Shown: piece after piece, positions 39,161 to 49,131 of the stretch
How positions within the stretch are numbered: position 1 is the first letter of the stretch
Layout of the letters: each line of letters begins with the position of its first letter
Assembly (NCBI GenBank): GCA_050287085.1
Contig: JBNKBE010000014.1
Coordinates: forward strand, 64,001 to 128,000
Source: Polyangiaceae bacterium
GTDB taxonomy: Bacteria > Myxococcota_A > Polyangia > Polyangiales > Polyangiaceae
DNA length: 64,000 nt
Direction of reading: 5' to 3'
Translations under genes and position numbers: made by a program
Notes under the pieces: model-generated
Databases searched by the model: none
What the model saw: the letters and a program-made list of their open reading frames with translations, nothing else
Told to the model about the DNA's origin: nothing

Positions 39161-40222
39161 GTGCCCACATCCAGGACAGAGACCGAAATGCCGTGCCCGG
39201 AGCTGGCCCCACCCGAGTCGCCCCCGACTGGTAGGCCAATTCAACGCCCGGCCTCCGCGGAACCCCCGCCCCTGACAGGCCCGCCCTCGAGCGAGCCGAG
39301 TCCGCGCAGCTTGCCTCCCAACTGGAACTGGCTGGAGACCTGGGCATTCCGCTATTTCGGACGCGGCCCGCGGCGCCGCGCGCTGCGCACCATCGTGATG
39401 AATCTCTGGGGACATCACGGTCTCGAATTGGCCAGTGCCATGGCCTTCGACCTCTTTCTCGCACTCATTCCCTTGCTGGCCCTCGCGGGGTGGGTGCTTT
39501 CGTTGGTGCTCAAGGGCGACGCCGAAACGATGCATCAACTCTCCGTGCTGCTGGACCTCACCCCTACGGACGTCCAGAACGTGGTCAACCAGCACGCGGA
39601 GCGCTTCTTTGGCAGTACCTTGGCTCCCGTCGCGTTTGCGGGAGCACTGTGGCTTGGCTCGGGCGCTTTCGCTACCGTCATGGCCGCTTTCCAACGCACA
39701 GTCCCAGCGCGCGAGCGCCCTTGGTGGTTGCGTCGCACGATCGCAATCGTCTGTGTCCTGGTCATGCTGGCCGCCATCAGCGTGGGTTCTTGGTTCGCGG
39801 TGCAATTGGGTGGCGTCCCCGCAGCCTTGCTCGAGCGCTTTCCGGACGTCTTGGAGGTCTCCGCCAGCGACTACGTCGGGTTTCTCGTGACGGGTGGAGC
39901 CCTGACGGCACTCGTGGCCTTGTTCTTCCGCATCGGCGTCAGTCGGGACGTACCTAGGCGGGTGATCTGGCCCGGTACCCTGCTGGCGGTTGGTATTGGC
40001 GGAAGCGCATCCTACGCCCTGAGTCTGTATGTGAGCCGGCTTGCTCGCTACGCGTTCTACTACGGCAGCCTCGCGGCGGTGGCCGTTCTGCTCGCATGGC
40101 TCTGGATCTGCAGTTTCGCGCTCCTTCTAGGAGCAGAGCTCAACGCCTACCTCGAAGAAAAGGATCTTCCACCAGAAAGCCGCCCCCCGCGCCCCGCAGC
40201 CCTCGCGGAAACAGAAACCTAG
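39161..40222 (+). CDS. YihY/virulence factor BrkB family membrane protein
   Basis: ASAMAFDLFLALIP, multiple TMs, YGSLAAVAVLLAWLW...LLGAELNA. Confidence 0.9.
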   Translation: MPTSRTETEMPCPELAPPESPPTGRPIQRPASAEPPPLTGPPSSEPSPRSLPPNWNWLETWAFRYFGRGPRRRALRTIVMNLWGHHGLELASAMAFDLFLALIPLLALAGWVLSLVLKGDAETMHQLSVLLDLTPTDVQNVVNQHAERFFGSTLAPVAFAGALWLGSGAFATVMAAFQRTVPARERPWWLRRTIAIVCVLVMLAAISVGSWFAVQLGGVPAALLERFPDVLEVSASDYVGFLVTGGALTALVALFFRIGVSRDVPRRVIWPGTLLAVGIGGSASYALSLYVSRLARYAFYYGSLAAVAVLLAWLWICSFALLLGAELNAYLEEKDLPPESRPPRPAALAETET

Positions 40223-40386
40223 GGCCCGCGGAAGGGAAGTCCGTCGCGAGCCGGTCGAGCTCGCCGCGAGGCGGGCGCGTGAGGAGCGCTCACCGCAGAG
40301 CTACTGGAGTAGCTCAAGAAGCACAGTGACGATCCCCCCGCCACGGCAAGAGCCGGCGCAGTAGGGCTTTCCCATTCGCGGGCCCT
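40221..40386. mobile_element. MITE/REP-like element, copy 1 (~166 bp)
   Basis: Imperfect terminal inverted repeats AGGGCCCGCGGAAGGGAAGTCC ... GGGCTTTCCCATTCGCGGGCCCT; internal hairpin GAGCTAC-TGGA-GTAGCTC; second copy at 41854-42028. Confidence 0.7.
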
Positions 40387-40426
40387 TAGCTCGCTAGCTG
40401 CTACGCCGCGGACTGCGGCAGACGCC

Positions 40427-41569
40427 CTACTGCACAAGCGTCAAGCACAGACCCCAAGATTCAGGAAAAACAGGATTGCTTACGCAACTTTCTCCCTCCG
40501 CGCACTCAGACGCATTCTCGGCGCGCAGCTCTGATGCGGCAGCAACCTTGCACAGACGATGACAAGTCTGTGAGCCTTCGGAGCAAATGTGTCCCGGCGC
40601 GCAGGGACAAGGTTCATCCTGCTCACCACTCCCCAGCGGCATCACGCACCCGGTAGCTCCCGTTTCATCTACGACGGTGCAGGTTCTGCCGATCGGACAG
40701 CTGCAATCAGCACCCGCTGGACACGGGAAGGGTTCGCCCAGATCACAGGTTTCTTTGGCGACGCAAACCGGTACGAGGGGTGGCTCGACCTCACTCATAT
40801 CACCCAGGCGCAGGGGCTGTTGGGTGCAGAATTGTCCCGCTTCGCAACTGCCAGCGCAACAGAACGGCCGGCATTGGCTGACCCCTTCCAGGCCCACGCA
40901 ACCAAGCCCTGGCGCGCAGTCCCGGGAGCCCGTGCAGGGCGCGCCCGTCAGGCCTCGCCCGGTTGGTTCACAGGCGGTGGCGAAGTGCAGTTCGCCCCCC
41001 ACTTGCTCCGGAACCACGCGACAAGCGCGCTCGTTGAGCGGCTGGGACGCGTCCTGAGTTAGCGGCGGTCCAGCATCGACTACTGGAGCGTCCGAATCAG
41101 GCCCTGCATCCTCAGAAATCCCAGCGTCATTCTCCTTGCCAGTCAGCCGCTGAAAGGCCGCAGTCCGCATCTCCGCAGCATGCTCGGGCGCGGGCTCTTC
41201 CTCTACGTCGGGCCGACAGGCAAGAGCATCATCGAGAGCACAGCTTCCCGCGCACAGTCCAGCCCAAGTCCCACCGTCGTTTGAGTCGTCCCCACCGGAC
41301 TGCATGGCCCCCTGAAACATGCCCGCGTCCGGATGGGATGATGGCCCCAGCGGCTCGTCGTCCCCGTCCTCGCGCAGCTCATCTACGGCCGCATCGAGAC
41401 AGTTGACGCCAGTGCAGTCATAAGCCCTCTCCGACTTCCCCTGCGAAACACTACAAGCCGCCGCGGTTGATAACCCGGCGCATACTACCAACACGCGACG
41501 GCCCAAAGATGCCGCAGAGCAACGCCTCTGCAGGGACATCCCGATCCGCGCCAAGAACAGATCCGTCAT
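40427..41569 (-). CDS. Cys-rich lipoprotein (myxobacterial type)
   Basis: Lipobox-like AAAC; DAG-rich linkers; about 30 Cys in C-x-x-G-x-x-C repeats. Confidence 0.78.
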   Translation of the reverse strand: MTDLFLARIGMSLQRRCSAASLGRRVLVVCAGLSTAAACSVSQGKSERAYDCTGVNCLDAAVDELREDGDDEPLGPSSHPDAGMFQGAMQSGGDDSNDGGTWAGLCAGSCALDDALACRPDVEEEPAPEHAAEMRTAAFQRLTGKENDAGISEDAGPDSDAPVVDAGPPLTQDASQPLNERACRVVPEQVGGELHFATACEPTGRGLTGAPCTGSRDCAPGLGCVGLEGVSQCRPFCCAGSCEAGQFCTQQPLRLGDMSEVEPPLVPVCVAKETCDLGEPFPCPAGADCSCPIGRTCTVVDETGATGCVMPLGSGEQDEPCPCAPGHICSEGSQTCHRLCKVAAASELRAENASECAEGESCVSNPVFPESWGLCLTLVQ

Positions 41570-41606
41570 TTAAGTCACGCTAAGAAAAAGGCCCGAGCGG
41601 GCGTGA

Positions 41607-41691
41607 TAAGACTAGCGACCCTAGTAAGAAGCGACCCTAGTAAGAAGCGACCCTACCAAGACTAGCGGTCCCAATAAAACAGCGGCCCTGA
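41607..41691. repeat. Five degenerate 16-18-bp direct repeats (TAAGA[CT]AGCGACCCTAG)
   Basis: TAAGACTAGCGACCCTAG / TAAGAAGCGACCCTAG / TAAGAAGCGACCCTAC / CAAGACTAGCGGTCCCAA / TAAAACAGCGGCCCTGA, head-to-tail with no spacers. Confidence 0.85.
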
Positions 41692-41853
41692 TGGGCATGC
41701 CGCAACAAGCAAAAAGAAATGAGGCGCCTCGAGTCACTGGCCCCGTCACGGAGCATCGCGAACCCAAGGTAGACTCATCCTAGCATCCGGCGTGACCCGA
41801 TGCCGCTGCCCGCCGGCGCGGCTGGAGCCTATCCGCCCGCACGGTAATTGATT

Positions 41854-42028
41854 GGGGCCCGCGGATGGGAAAGTCTGTCGCGAGCCAATCGAGACTGCCG
41901 CGAGGTGGGCGCGTGCGATCGAGCACCGCAGAGCTACTGGAGTTGCTCGAGGAGCACAGCGACGAGCCCGCCCCGCCGCAGCAAGAAGTGCCGGCCGGCG
42001 GAGTATGACTTTCCCATCAGCGCGCCCT
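41854..42028. mobile_element. MITE/REP-like element, copy 2 (~175 bp)
   Basis: 22-bp TIRs GGGGCCCGCGGATGGGAAAGTC ... GACTTTCCCATCAGCGCGCCCT (3 mismatches); 42-bp core 41924-41965 matches 40291-40332 at 38/42. Confidence 0.7.
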
Positions 42029-42071
42029 TGCTACGACAGCGATGTCGCGGCGCTCGACTCAGGGGCTCCTA

Positions 42072-44249
42072 CTACTTCAGCAAAATGCTCGCTACCGCGT
42101 GATTGTGCTCCTGATCGAACACGCGTACGGCCACCAACGCGGGGCGACTGAACCCCAAGGACGACAACGAGATCGCGAACTCCTCGCGGGCTTCGTCGAA
42201 AATGCCATCCGTTGGCGCGAGCGGAATCCACTGCTCGGATCCGGCGACTGAAACCTCAACTCTTGCGATCGGACCAAGACCATCGGTCACCGTCCCCACG
42301 AGACGGTTTCCCTCGATCACAAGTCGTTCCACGCGGGGCGCGGTATTGTCGACTACCACGACGTGACTGACCAGAGCGTCGCGTTTCACTTGCTCTGGTG
42401 GATTGGACAGTTCGTCACTTGCTTCTACACGCACGCGATAACGGCCCTCAGGGAGCGACGCCGTATTCCATTGGTAACGGGTCTTCGTCAACCGCTCGCT
42501 GGGCTCCAACATATCAATCCACGTCGCTGTCCCAATCAGCTGATACGCCAAGCGATAGCGCAGCACATCTTTGTCGGGATTGTCGACGTTCCACGTCACC
42601 TCGACCTCGTCCCCTTCCCCAACCGATACTGGCCCCCCGGAAGTACGCACCTTGCCATCCGGTTCGTGAAAGGTCTCTTCGCCCGCAGTTTGGACTGACA
42701 TGTCCGTCACCGTCGCCCGCAAGTTGTCCGTCACGTACGCAGCCGAGACCTCTTTGAGCGATGCACGGGGCTCGAGGAGTCTGGCGCGCAACTGTAGGTA
42801 GCGCCCTTTGGGAGCGACCAGCTTGCCCGGCTCGGCCAGCGGCGCCGACCAGGTACTCCACGTATCGTCGGGCTCCGCGGTATTCCCACTGCGTCCCTGG
42901 AGCTCAACGCGTCCCTCGCCCACCCAATCGACACTCCCAAATTGCGCAGGGCGCGTCAGATCCAGAGCGGCACTAGTCCAGGTTGCGCCGATTCCTGCGC
43001 TGCTCTTGGCGGTGTGTACGACAAGCGGATCGGAAGCGATCACCAACTGCTCCCCGGCTCCCAATAGGATCGCGCTCAGCTGACGCTGCGGCACCTCAGC
43101 CACCAAGACCGAGTTTCTATTGGCGGTGACAGTATAGAGTTGCCCCCCCACACCGGTCCCGATGTATGGCCGGTCGCGTGCATCCAGCGCTAAGCTGACG
43201 TAGTGATGGCTGCTGTCGCTCAGCAGCTGCTCAAATGTCCCGTCGGTATTGAAGCGGTACAGCAGACCACTGCCCGATGCCTGCGAGTTTGACCCGGCCG
43301 ACGCAGTCGACTTCTTGCTGTCGCCGGAGAACTTTCGTGCCTTGATCTCGTTGGCAACGGCGTAGACCACACCGGACTTTGCCACGGCGATGGCACGCAC
43401 TTCGGTCACGCCGAAATCATATATGACGCGCGCCCTCCCCGGCCCGCTCACCTCGTAGAGGCGAGCCTTGTCGGCGGTCCCCGCATAGACCTTCCCACCG
43501 GCAAGCGCGAGGCTCATGATGTGCTCCTCGGGCGCGTCGAAATAGACTTGCGCCTTGCCGTCTCGAGTGACTCTAAACAGCTTACCATTCGGTCCGGTCG
43601 CGACGAAGAGCGATTGAGTCGCGGCGTCAAAGGCCAGCGCCAGAATGTGATCGGCCCCCTCCAACTCGGCAAACGGTTCGAACTTATTGCCCGCAAGGCG
43701 CAGCACTGTCGAGCCAGGAACCGCGCCGGCAAAAATGGCCCCATCAAACCCGGGCTCGACCGACGTGAGACTGATGGCATCGGCCTTGGCCACCACCTTG
43801 GCAACCCCGTTCTTATATTCGAGCAGCTTTGCCTCGTTGCCGGTAGCCAGCAACGTACTTCCGTCGGGACGGCGAAGGGCGTCCCAGACGAACTCGGCCT
43901 CTGCGATTGGAGCTTCCGACAACGTCAGCCCCGCCCGAACCGTGCCACTTGCATCGATGGCGGTGCCGTCCAACTTGCCCCCTTCGAAATCGTCCGCCGT
44001 GCGCAGCGCGACGCGCTGGGTCCCCACCGCGAAAACCGGCAGCGCCCCCAACAAAGCAGCGAGCGTACCCGCCACACACGTCGCGCGACGCAGCGGACCC
44101 CTCCGCAAGCATCCGCTCGTGCTTCGTTGAGGGGAGCGCAAGCTCACAGATGCGCCTACACGGGTGAACACAGCTCTCAACAACACGGCAACCTGATGCT
44201 GCAGGTCGCGATGTGGGCGATGAACCAAGGGGGCAATACGGTCTTTCAA
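42072..44249 (-). CDS. Secreted beta-propeller protein with C-terminal Ig/fibronectin-like domains
   Basis: Signal peptide ending LPVFA; repeated (L/Y)-x-x-T-G-x-x-G-x-L blades; C-terminal WNTASLPEGRYRVRVEASD...VVVDNTAP. True start probably near 44108. Confidence 0.75.
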   Translation of the reverse strand: MKDRIAPLVHRPHRDLQHQVAVLLRAVFTRVGASVSLRSPQRSTSGCLRRGPLRRATCVAGTLAALLGALPVFAVGTQRVALRTADDFEGGKLDGTAIDASGTVRAGLTLSEAPIAEAEFVWDALRRPDGSTLLATGNEAKLLEYKNGVAKVVAKADAISLTSVEPGFDGAIFAGAVPGSTVLRLAGNKFEPFAELEGADHILALAFDAATQSLFVATGPNGKLFRVTRDGKAQVYFDAPEEHIMSLALAGGKVYAGTADKARLYEVSGPGRARVIYDFGVTEVRAIAVAKSGVVYAVANEIKARKFSGDSKKSTASAGSNSQASGSGLLYRFNTDGTFEQLLSDSSHHYVSLALDARDRPYIGTGVGGQLYTVTANRNSVLVAEVPQRQLSAILLGAGEQLVIASDPLVVHTAKSSAGIGATWTSAALDLTRPAQFGSVDWVGEGRVELQGRSGNTAEPDDTWSTWSAPLAEPGKLVAPKGRYLQLRARLLEPRASLKEVSAAYVTDNLRATVTDMSVQTAGEETFHEPDGKVRTSGGPVSVGEGDEVEVTWNVDNPDKDVLRYRLAYQLIGTATWIDMLEPSERLTKTRYQWNTASLPEGRYRVRVEASDELSNPPEQVKRDALVSHVVVVDNTAPRVERLVIEGNRLVGTVTDGLGPIARVEVSVAGSEQWIPLAPTDGIFDEAREEFAISLSSLGFSRPALVAVRVFDQEHNHAVASILLK

Positions 44250-44449
44250 GGTGGATTTCCCGCGGAATTAGCGCTCAGAAGAGCGCTGCGTTGCTTTACG
44301 AATTCTGAATCGGTGAGAGCTCGGGATACTCGAGCTCTTCATTCTGACTTTGGAAACAATGGGAGGACACAGGACCCACAGCTAGCGCTCCGGCAGCGCA
44401 CGAGGCGCGGCCGAGTCGGCAAGACGTCCCACGAGACGTGGCCGTCCAT

Positions 44450-46414
44450 CTAGTCCTGCACTGCCTTTACCTGCATGAGAAGAGTCTCTTTGCCGATCAT
44501 GTAGCGGCCGAGGTCTTCGGAATGGTGCCCCCAAGAGCTAACACGACTGGGCTCGATCGAGTTCGAAGTGGAATTGAACGCGTCCACCACGCCACTCGGG
44601 AGATTGTGCGCGACGTGCCCGCGAAATGCGACGCCCGCGCCGACTTCATACGAAACGACAACCGCCTGCGGGGGATAGTGCGGATTGCGGAAGCCATCTA
44701 CGAGCTCCGTGAGTGACTCCGGTGGGGCCTTCTCACGAGCTACTGCGTACCCAGGCTCGATCTGCAACTTGACGCTCTTCCCTGCCAAGTGCTTGGGCAC
44801 TTGGAACGTCACCGTCCGCAGCACCGGCTCGCCTTCATAGGGCAACAAGGTAAGCCGCACGCGAGCCCGCTCCCCCGGCTCGACCTCGGGCGTCAACAGC
44901 TCCGCGCCACGCAGACGCAATAGGTCGCGCCGATATTCGAAGTTCACTCGAACGTCGACGCGCTCGACAAAAGCTGGCTCCCAGGGATTGGAGAAGACGC
45001 TCCCGATCGCATCAACGAGCCCCGAACGCGAGAACTCTCGCTCATCCGGCGTGCCGCCAACCGAAACGCCGAAGTCGTCGATCAAGAGCTCGCGCTGTCC
45101 TTGGATCTTCACTCGGCTCTCAGCCCGCCAAGTCACGTCTTGCCGTTCTGCCGCAGTTGTTTGGAGCGCATTGCCAAGAGCCACTGCAATCAACGAGGGA
45201 GTCGTGAACTTCTCGTGCGCGAGCTCGAAATTCCAGTGCGTGTCGGGAGCGCCAGGCACTCCTTCGATCGCAACGGTCACGGGAATGATCGGCGCCTTCG
45301 CAGTCTGAGATACAACGATCGAAGCCTGCCGATCGTTGACCATGGCCCCCATGCTGCGCACCGGCATTCCCAACTTGAAGGAGCGCGCTTGACTCGCGAG
45401 AAACCAGAGCACACGCCCAACGGCAGTAGGCATCGCAGTCACGCCCGCATTCATCATTGGATGCCCGAACGCAACCAGTCGGTCGCCTTCGACTCGCGTC
45501 ACAGTACCGAGCCCCATCGCGCTCATGTCGCCCCGCACCAACTGAACGCCAACAGCACCGCCATCGACGAATCGGGTCGGAGCATCGGCCTCGGGCGCGC
45601 CAGCGCCGCCGCCCGCGAGGGGAACGAGACCCAATGGCGCCAGGAGATCGCCCGCAAACTCGATGCTGCCCGCGGCCATTCCCCCCATGAGCAAGGGGGT
45701 GCTAACCGGCGTGAGACCCGGCAACGCGGCCCCCCCCGCCTTCTGATGAGCTGCAGCCAGCTGATCGCGATGCTCCAGCAAGTTGTAGGTGCCAGCCGTC
45801 CCGCGATAACGATTGCTAGCCTGATGGGTTTCACCGCGTGTCGAGGTGGCCGAGTGGGGCACGTGCCGCGGCATCGTCAGAGGCCAGCCGTTGATGAAGT
45901 CAGGCAGGGGGCGCTCGAGATCGTCGAGCATATTGCGAATAGGAGTAACGCCCGCAACCGGCTCAGCACCAAACGTCCAGCCGTAAGCGTAAGCGCCGAT
46001 CATCTTGCCATCGATGTAGATTGGGCTGCCGCTCATACCTGCGACGACCTTGGCGACCTCCAAACGGGGATGCTCGGTCTTCACCAGAATTAGGTCTTGG
46101 CGCGGACGGAAGTTGCGAAGCACATCGATGACTTCGACCTCGAAGCGCGATGGTTCGGTTCCCTCGAATACGGTGAGCCCGTAGCCCTTCATGCCCGGCT
46201 TGATCGCGGCAGCTGAAAGCACGTCTCTCCGATTTGCCCGGCCCTCAGCGCCCGCGGCCAGCGGCAGCGCAGCCAACAACCCCAACAGCACAGCACACTG
46301 AGTGAGGTGAGAGTGGATGAGCGCCCGCGGCGAACGCGCTAGCCTCCAGGCCTTGTGAACAGCCCGCCCAAGGGTACGGCGCGCAGAAACCGACGACGAA
46401 GTGGTATCAATCAC
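44450..46414 (-). CDS. SpoIVB peptidase S55 domain protein (secreted serine protease)
   Basis: GMKGYGLTVFEG, VAGMSGSPIYIDGKMIGA, GLGTVT...AFGHP; signal peptide. Confidence 0.88.
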   Translation of the reverse strand: MIDTTSSSVSARRTLGRAVHKAWRLARSPRALIHSHLTQCAVLLGLLAALPLAAGAEGRANRRDVLSAAAIKPGMKGYGLTVFEGTEPSRFEVEVIDVLRNFRPRQDLILVKTEHPRLEVAKVVAGMSGSPIYIDGKMIGAYAYGWTFGAEPVAGVTPIRNMLDDLERPLPDFINGWPLTMPRHVPHSATSTRGETHQASNRYRGTAGTYNLLEHRDQLAAAHQKAGGAALPGLTPVSTPLLMGGMAAGSIEFAGDLLAPLGLVPLAGGGAGAPEADAPTRFVDGGAVGVQLVRGDMSAMGLGTVTRVEGDRLVAFGHPMMNAGVTAMPTAVGRVLWFLASQARSFKLGMPVRSMGAMVNDRQASIVVSQTAKAPIIPVTVAIEGVPGAPDTHWNFELAHEKFTTPSLIAVALGNALQTTAAERQDVTWRAESRVKIQGQRELLIDDFGVSVGGTPDEREFSRSGLVDAIGSVFSNPWEPAFVERVDVRVNFEYRRDLLRLRGAELLTPEVEPGERARVRLTLLPYEGEPVLRTVTFQVPKHLAGKSVKLQIEPGYAVAREKAPPESLTELVDGFRNPHYPPQAVVVSYEVGAGVAFRGHVAHNLPSGVVDAFNSTSNSIEPSRVSSWGHHSEDLGRYMIGKETLLMQVKAVQD

Positions 46415-46510
46415 AGACCCGCCAGTCTAACACCGCGATCTGACTAGACTATCGATTTCGACTGTCCTAGGAGTCGTTTGCTGCCTTTGGCTCCGTGCTT
46501 CCCTCAAGAC

Positions 46511-46765
46511 GTGACCGACGCGCCCCTATCTCATCTGTTGCAGGCCGGTGGCCTGGTTGTCAGCAGCGCCCTCGGGTTCTGCTTGCACCTAAGCGTCGTA
46601 CTGTACCTGTGGCAGTCACCCACCACGCGAGCGAAAGGGCTACTGCTCTTGCTGCCCCCCACGGCATTGGCCGCTCCCCTGTGGGCGTTCCGCGCCGGCC
46701 TCCGATTCCGAGCGCTTCTCTGGGTGCTTTGTGCCGTTGTCTACGGTTGGCTCGCCTTGTCGTAA
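46511..46765 (+). CDS. Small membrane protein (about 3 TM)
   Basis: Hydrophobic ORF filling the gap between divergent and convergent neighbours. Confidence 0.5.
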   Translation: MTDAPLSHLLQAGGLVVSSALGFCLHLSVVLYLWQSPTTRAKGLLLLLPPTALAAPLWAFRAGLRFRALLWVLCAVVYGWLALS

Positions 46766-46771
46766 CGCGAC

Positions 46772-47695
46772 TCAATCCGGATGGCGATAGGGGCGCTCAA
46801 TCGTCCGCGGCTCAAGCCTGCTGAATCCTTCTTCCACGAAGCGTTCTCGCACCTTCAGCGCCAGCCGCCGCTGCCCACGAACCGGGATCGCGAGGGCATA
46901 GACCGTACAGGTCTCAGGGTAAGCTGGGTAGGCGGCCCATGCGAGAGCAAAGTCTCCGGCTCCGAAACCGTAGTCGATATAGGCCTCCGCGGTGTGAATC
47001 AGGACCTCCGAGTCCTTCCAAGGGCGGTAGAGCGCGCTGACCTCGCTCATTTCCAGGCCGAACGGGGCGGCGTGTGGAAACGCCCAGTCCTCGATCTGCT
47101 CCATGCAGTCTTCCACGGTAGCCCTTCGTTCCCGCTCCAAGGCTTGTACGAAGACAACGTTCAGCGCATCGAGGTCGTCACCGTACTTGAAGCCCGTGAA
47201 GTGATCCAACAGCCAGTAGCGAACTCGCTTCCAGCGGCCCGTGTCCGTCAGTGGCACAAACAGCTGCTCGTCACGATCGGGGCTCTTGCCCCAGGAGTGG
47301 GTGAGCAGACGCCGGAGAGCCCGCGCGTGGGGGTCCCCAGGCTCAGCAGCCACGTCGGTCGCGGCAGTCCGACCCAGGTTGTGCAACCCCTCCGACCCGC
47401 CAGGCCCTAGGCGCGGCAGGCCCTCCACGTGCGCGGGCCTCCCCACCACAGGGCTCTCCTGCTCAGCACCGACTGCGGGGCGTTGCCGACCACAAGCGCT
47501 CAGCCCAACTAGGAGGCCGAGGCCACCAGCAAGAAGCGCGTCTTTCGCTGCGGGACGGACCACATCGGAGTTGTACGGCGCGCCGCGCGGAAAGCTCTGT
47601 CCGGGGGGCGTCGCAGACCCATAAGGAACACCAGCCGCGCTCCGCTCTTGGCGCCACCATCGCAGTCGTACTGCAACAAACACGTGGTACTGCAT
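46772..47695 (-). CDS. Hypothetical lipoprotein
   Basis: Lipobox LSAC after a hydrophobic stretch; true start likely near 47563. Confidence 0.65.
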   Translation of the reverse strand: MQYHVFVAVRLRWWRQERSAAGVPYGSATPPGQSFPRGAPYNSDVVRPAAKDALLAGGLGLLVGLSACGRQRPAVGAEQESPVVGRPAHVEGLPRLGPGGSEGLHNLGRTAATDVAAEPGDPHARALRRLLTHSWGKSPDRDEQLFVPLTDTGRWKRVRYWLLDHFTGFKYGDDLDALNVVFVQALERERRATVEDCMEQIEDWAFPHAAPFGLEMSEVSALYRPWKDSEVLIHTAEAYIDYGFGAGDFALAWAAYPAYPETCTVYALAIPVRGQRRLALKVRERFVEEGFSRLEPRTIERPYRHPD

Positions 47696-47720
47696 TGGGC
47701 TGCGCTCGACCCCGCCCCCC

Positions 47721-48845
47721 CTAAAGCGTCACTGCTTTCAGCGTGATGTCGGCGTCTCGGGTCAGGCCCAACCCGAGTTCTGCCGCCGTCTGAACGTAGG
47801 TTGGCGCACGCCCCACCGACTCCCAAGTGGGTAAACCTCGTTCCCGACGAATCGACGATATGACCTGAGTCCCAATCGTATCCAGTGCCACAGGATCTGT
47901 AGCCGCGTAGACGGAGCCGTGAAGCGTGCGGCAAGCGGGATCTTTGTCGAGCGGTCCTTTGTCGAAGATGACTTTGAAGGCGTCCACAATATGCAGACGA
48001 ACGCGACTCTGCAGCACCGGATGAACGTACAGGACCGGTATCTGAGGGTCGCAACGATGAGCATGATGCTTTTCCGGGTTAACAATTTGACCGTGCGTCA
48101 TGTTCTTCAGGGCACCCGTGAACCCGCAAATGGAGTGATCCTTCATCATGGTCAGATCGATGATCGCCGTCGCGTCCGTCACCTGTCGAACGAAACGGGT
48201 CTTTGTCCTATTGAAGGCAGCCACTTCCGGCATACGGACGTCGCGATTGGCGTGGGCGCTTGCTATCACGCCCTCGGGCAGCTCCAAGCCCGGCCGATTG
48301 ACACGAGTCCCCGCCAGGAAGTTCGGAAATTGCTCGAAGACGGTGATGTGTTGAGCGGCGACGCCCAGCTCCAGCAGCCCCCGCACCAAAGGGAGGACCA
48401 GCTCCGCGTTGAAGGCCACCGTGGCGCCGGTCTGCCCAGAAATGCCGTTGATCTTCAGCGCTACTCTGTCCTCCGGATGCACAAAGTGCCGCAGCGAAGA
48501 CACAAGCGACGTCTCCCCCGTTAGTGCCACCATCACAGACTCGAGGAATCGATTTGCAATCTCCGATTTGGGCCACAACTCGTTGGGCTGCATCAACGCC
48601 CGCAGGTCGCCCGCTTTGGTCACCTTAGCAACCCGTCCCGGCAGCTTCAAAGGACGGAAAGCCGCCGGGGGTGCGGCTATCCACGGGGCCAAAAACGCAT
48701 CGGGATCAAAAGCGAGCACGTCGCGATGGGCCGCAGAAAACGCCGCCGAGCACAACCCCGCGGTCGCCAGCCCTAAGAAGTCACGTCGCGGCAGCCCCGC
48801 GGCGACGCGCTGATCCACAACCGACACCCTCGTTCCGCAGGTCAT
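47721..48845 (-). CDS. DUF362 domain protein with Tat signal
   Basis: PRRDFL twin-arginine motif; VALKIN, KDHSICGFTGALKNM, DPVALD motifs. Confidence 0.85.
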   Translation of the reverse strand: MTCGTRVSVVDQRVAAGLPRRDFLGLATAGLCSAAFSAAHRDVLAFDPDAFLAPWIAAPPAAFRPLKLPGRVAKVTKAGDLRALMQPNELWPKSEIANRFLESVMVALTGETSLVSSLRHFVHPEDRVALKINGISGQTGATVAFNAELVLPLVRGLLELGVAAQHITVFEQFPNFLAGTRVNRPGLELPEGVIASAHANRDVRMPEVAAFNRTKTRFVRQVTDATAIIDLTMMKDHSICGFTGALKNMTHGQIVNPEKHHAHRCDPQIPVLYVHPVLQSRVRLHIVDAFKVIFDKGPLDKDPACRTLHGSVYAATDPVALDTIGTQVISSIRRERGLPTWESVGRAPTYVQTAAELGLGLTRDADITLKAVTL

Positions 48846-49131
48846 CGCTTCGGTGCCCGCATGCTAGGGGGTTGGGCCACCAGGGTCGAGTACTTCCGCA
48901 TCGGCGCAGCGTACGGGGTGGTCCCGGCTTCGCAAGCCCCAAAGGCGTAGAGGGCACAACAATTGGCGACCATGCGGCGAACGCGGCACGGTCAGCGGCT
49001 CCCCGAGCGCCCAGCGCAGACAAGAAGCGGAGGCGAAGACGGCACGTCCCTCGCAATAGCGGTGCGGTGAAGGCTGATGTCGGCCCTCACTCATTCAACA
49101 AGTACGCACCTCAAGAAAGGACATAAACAAC

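Noticed and set aside
41607..41691. CRISPR array
   Set aside because: Units are 16-18 bp, contiguous with no unique spacers, and there are no cas genes in the window.
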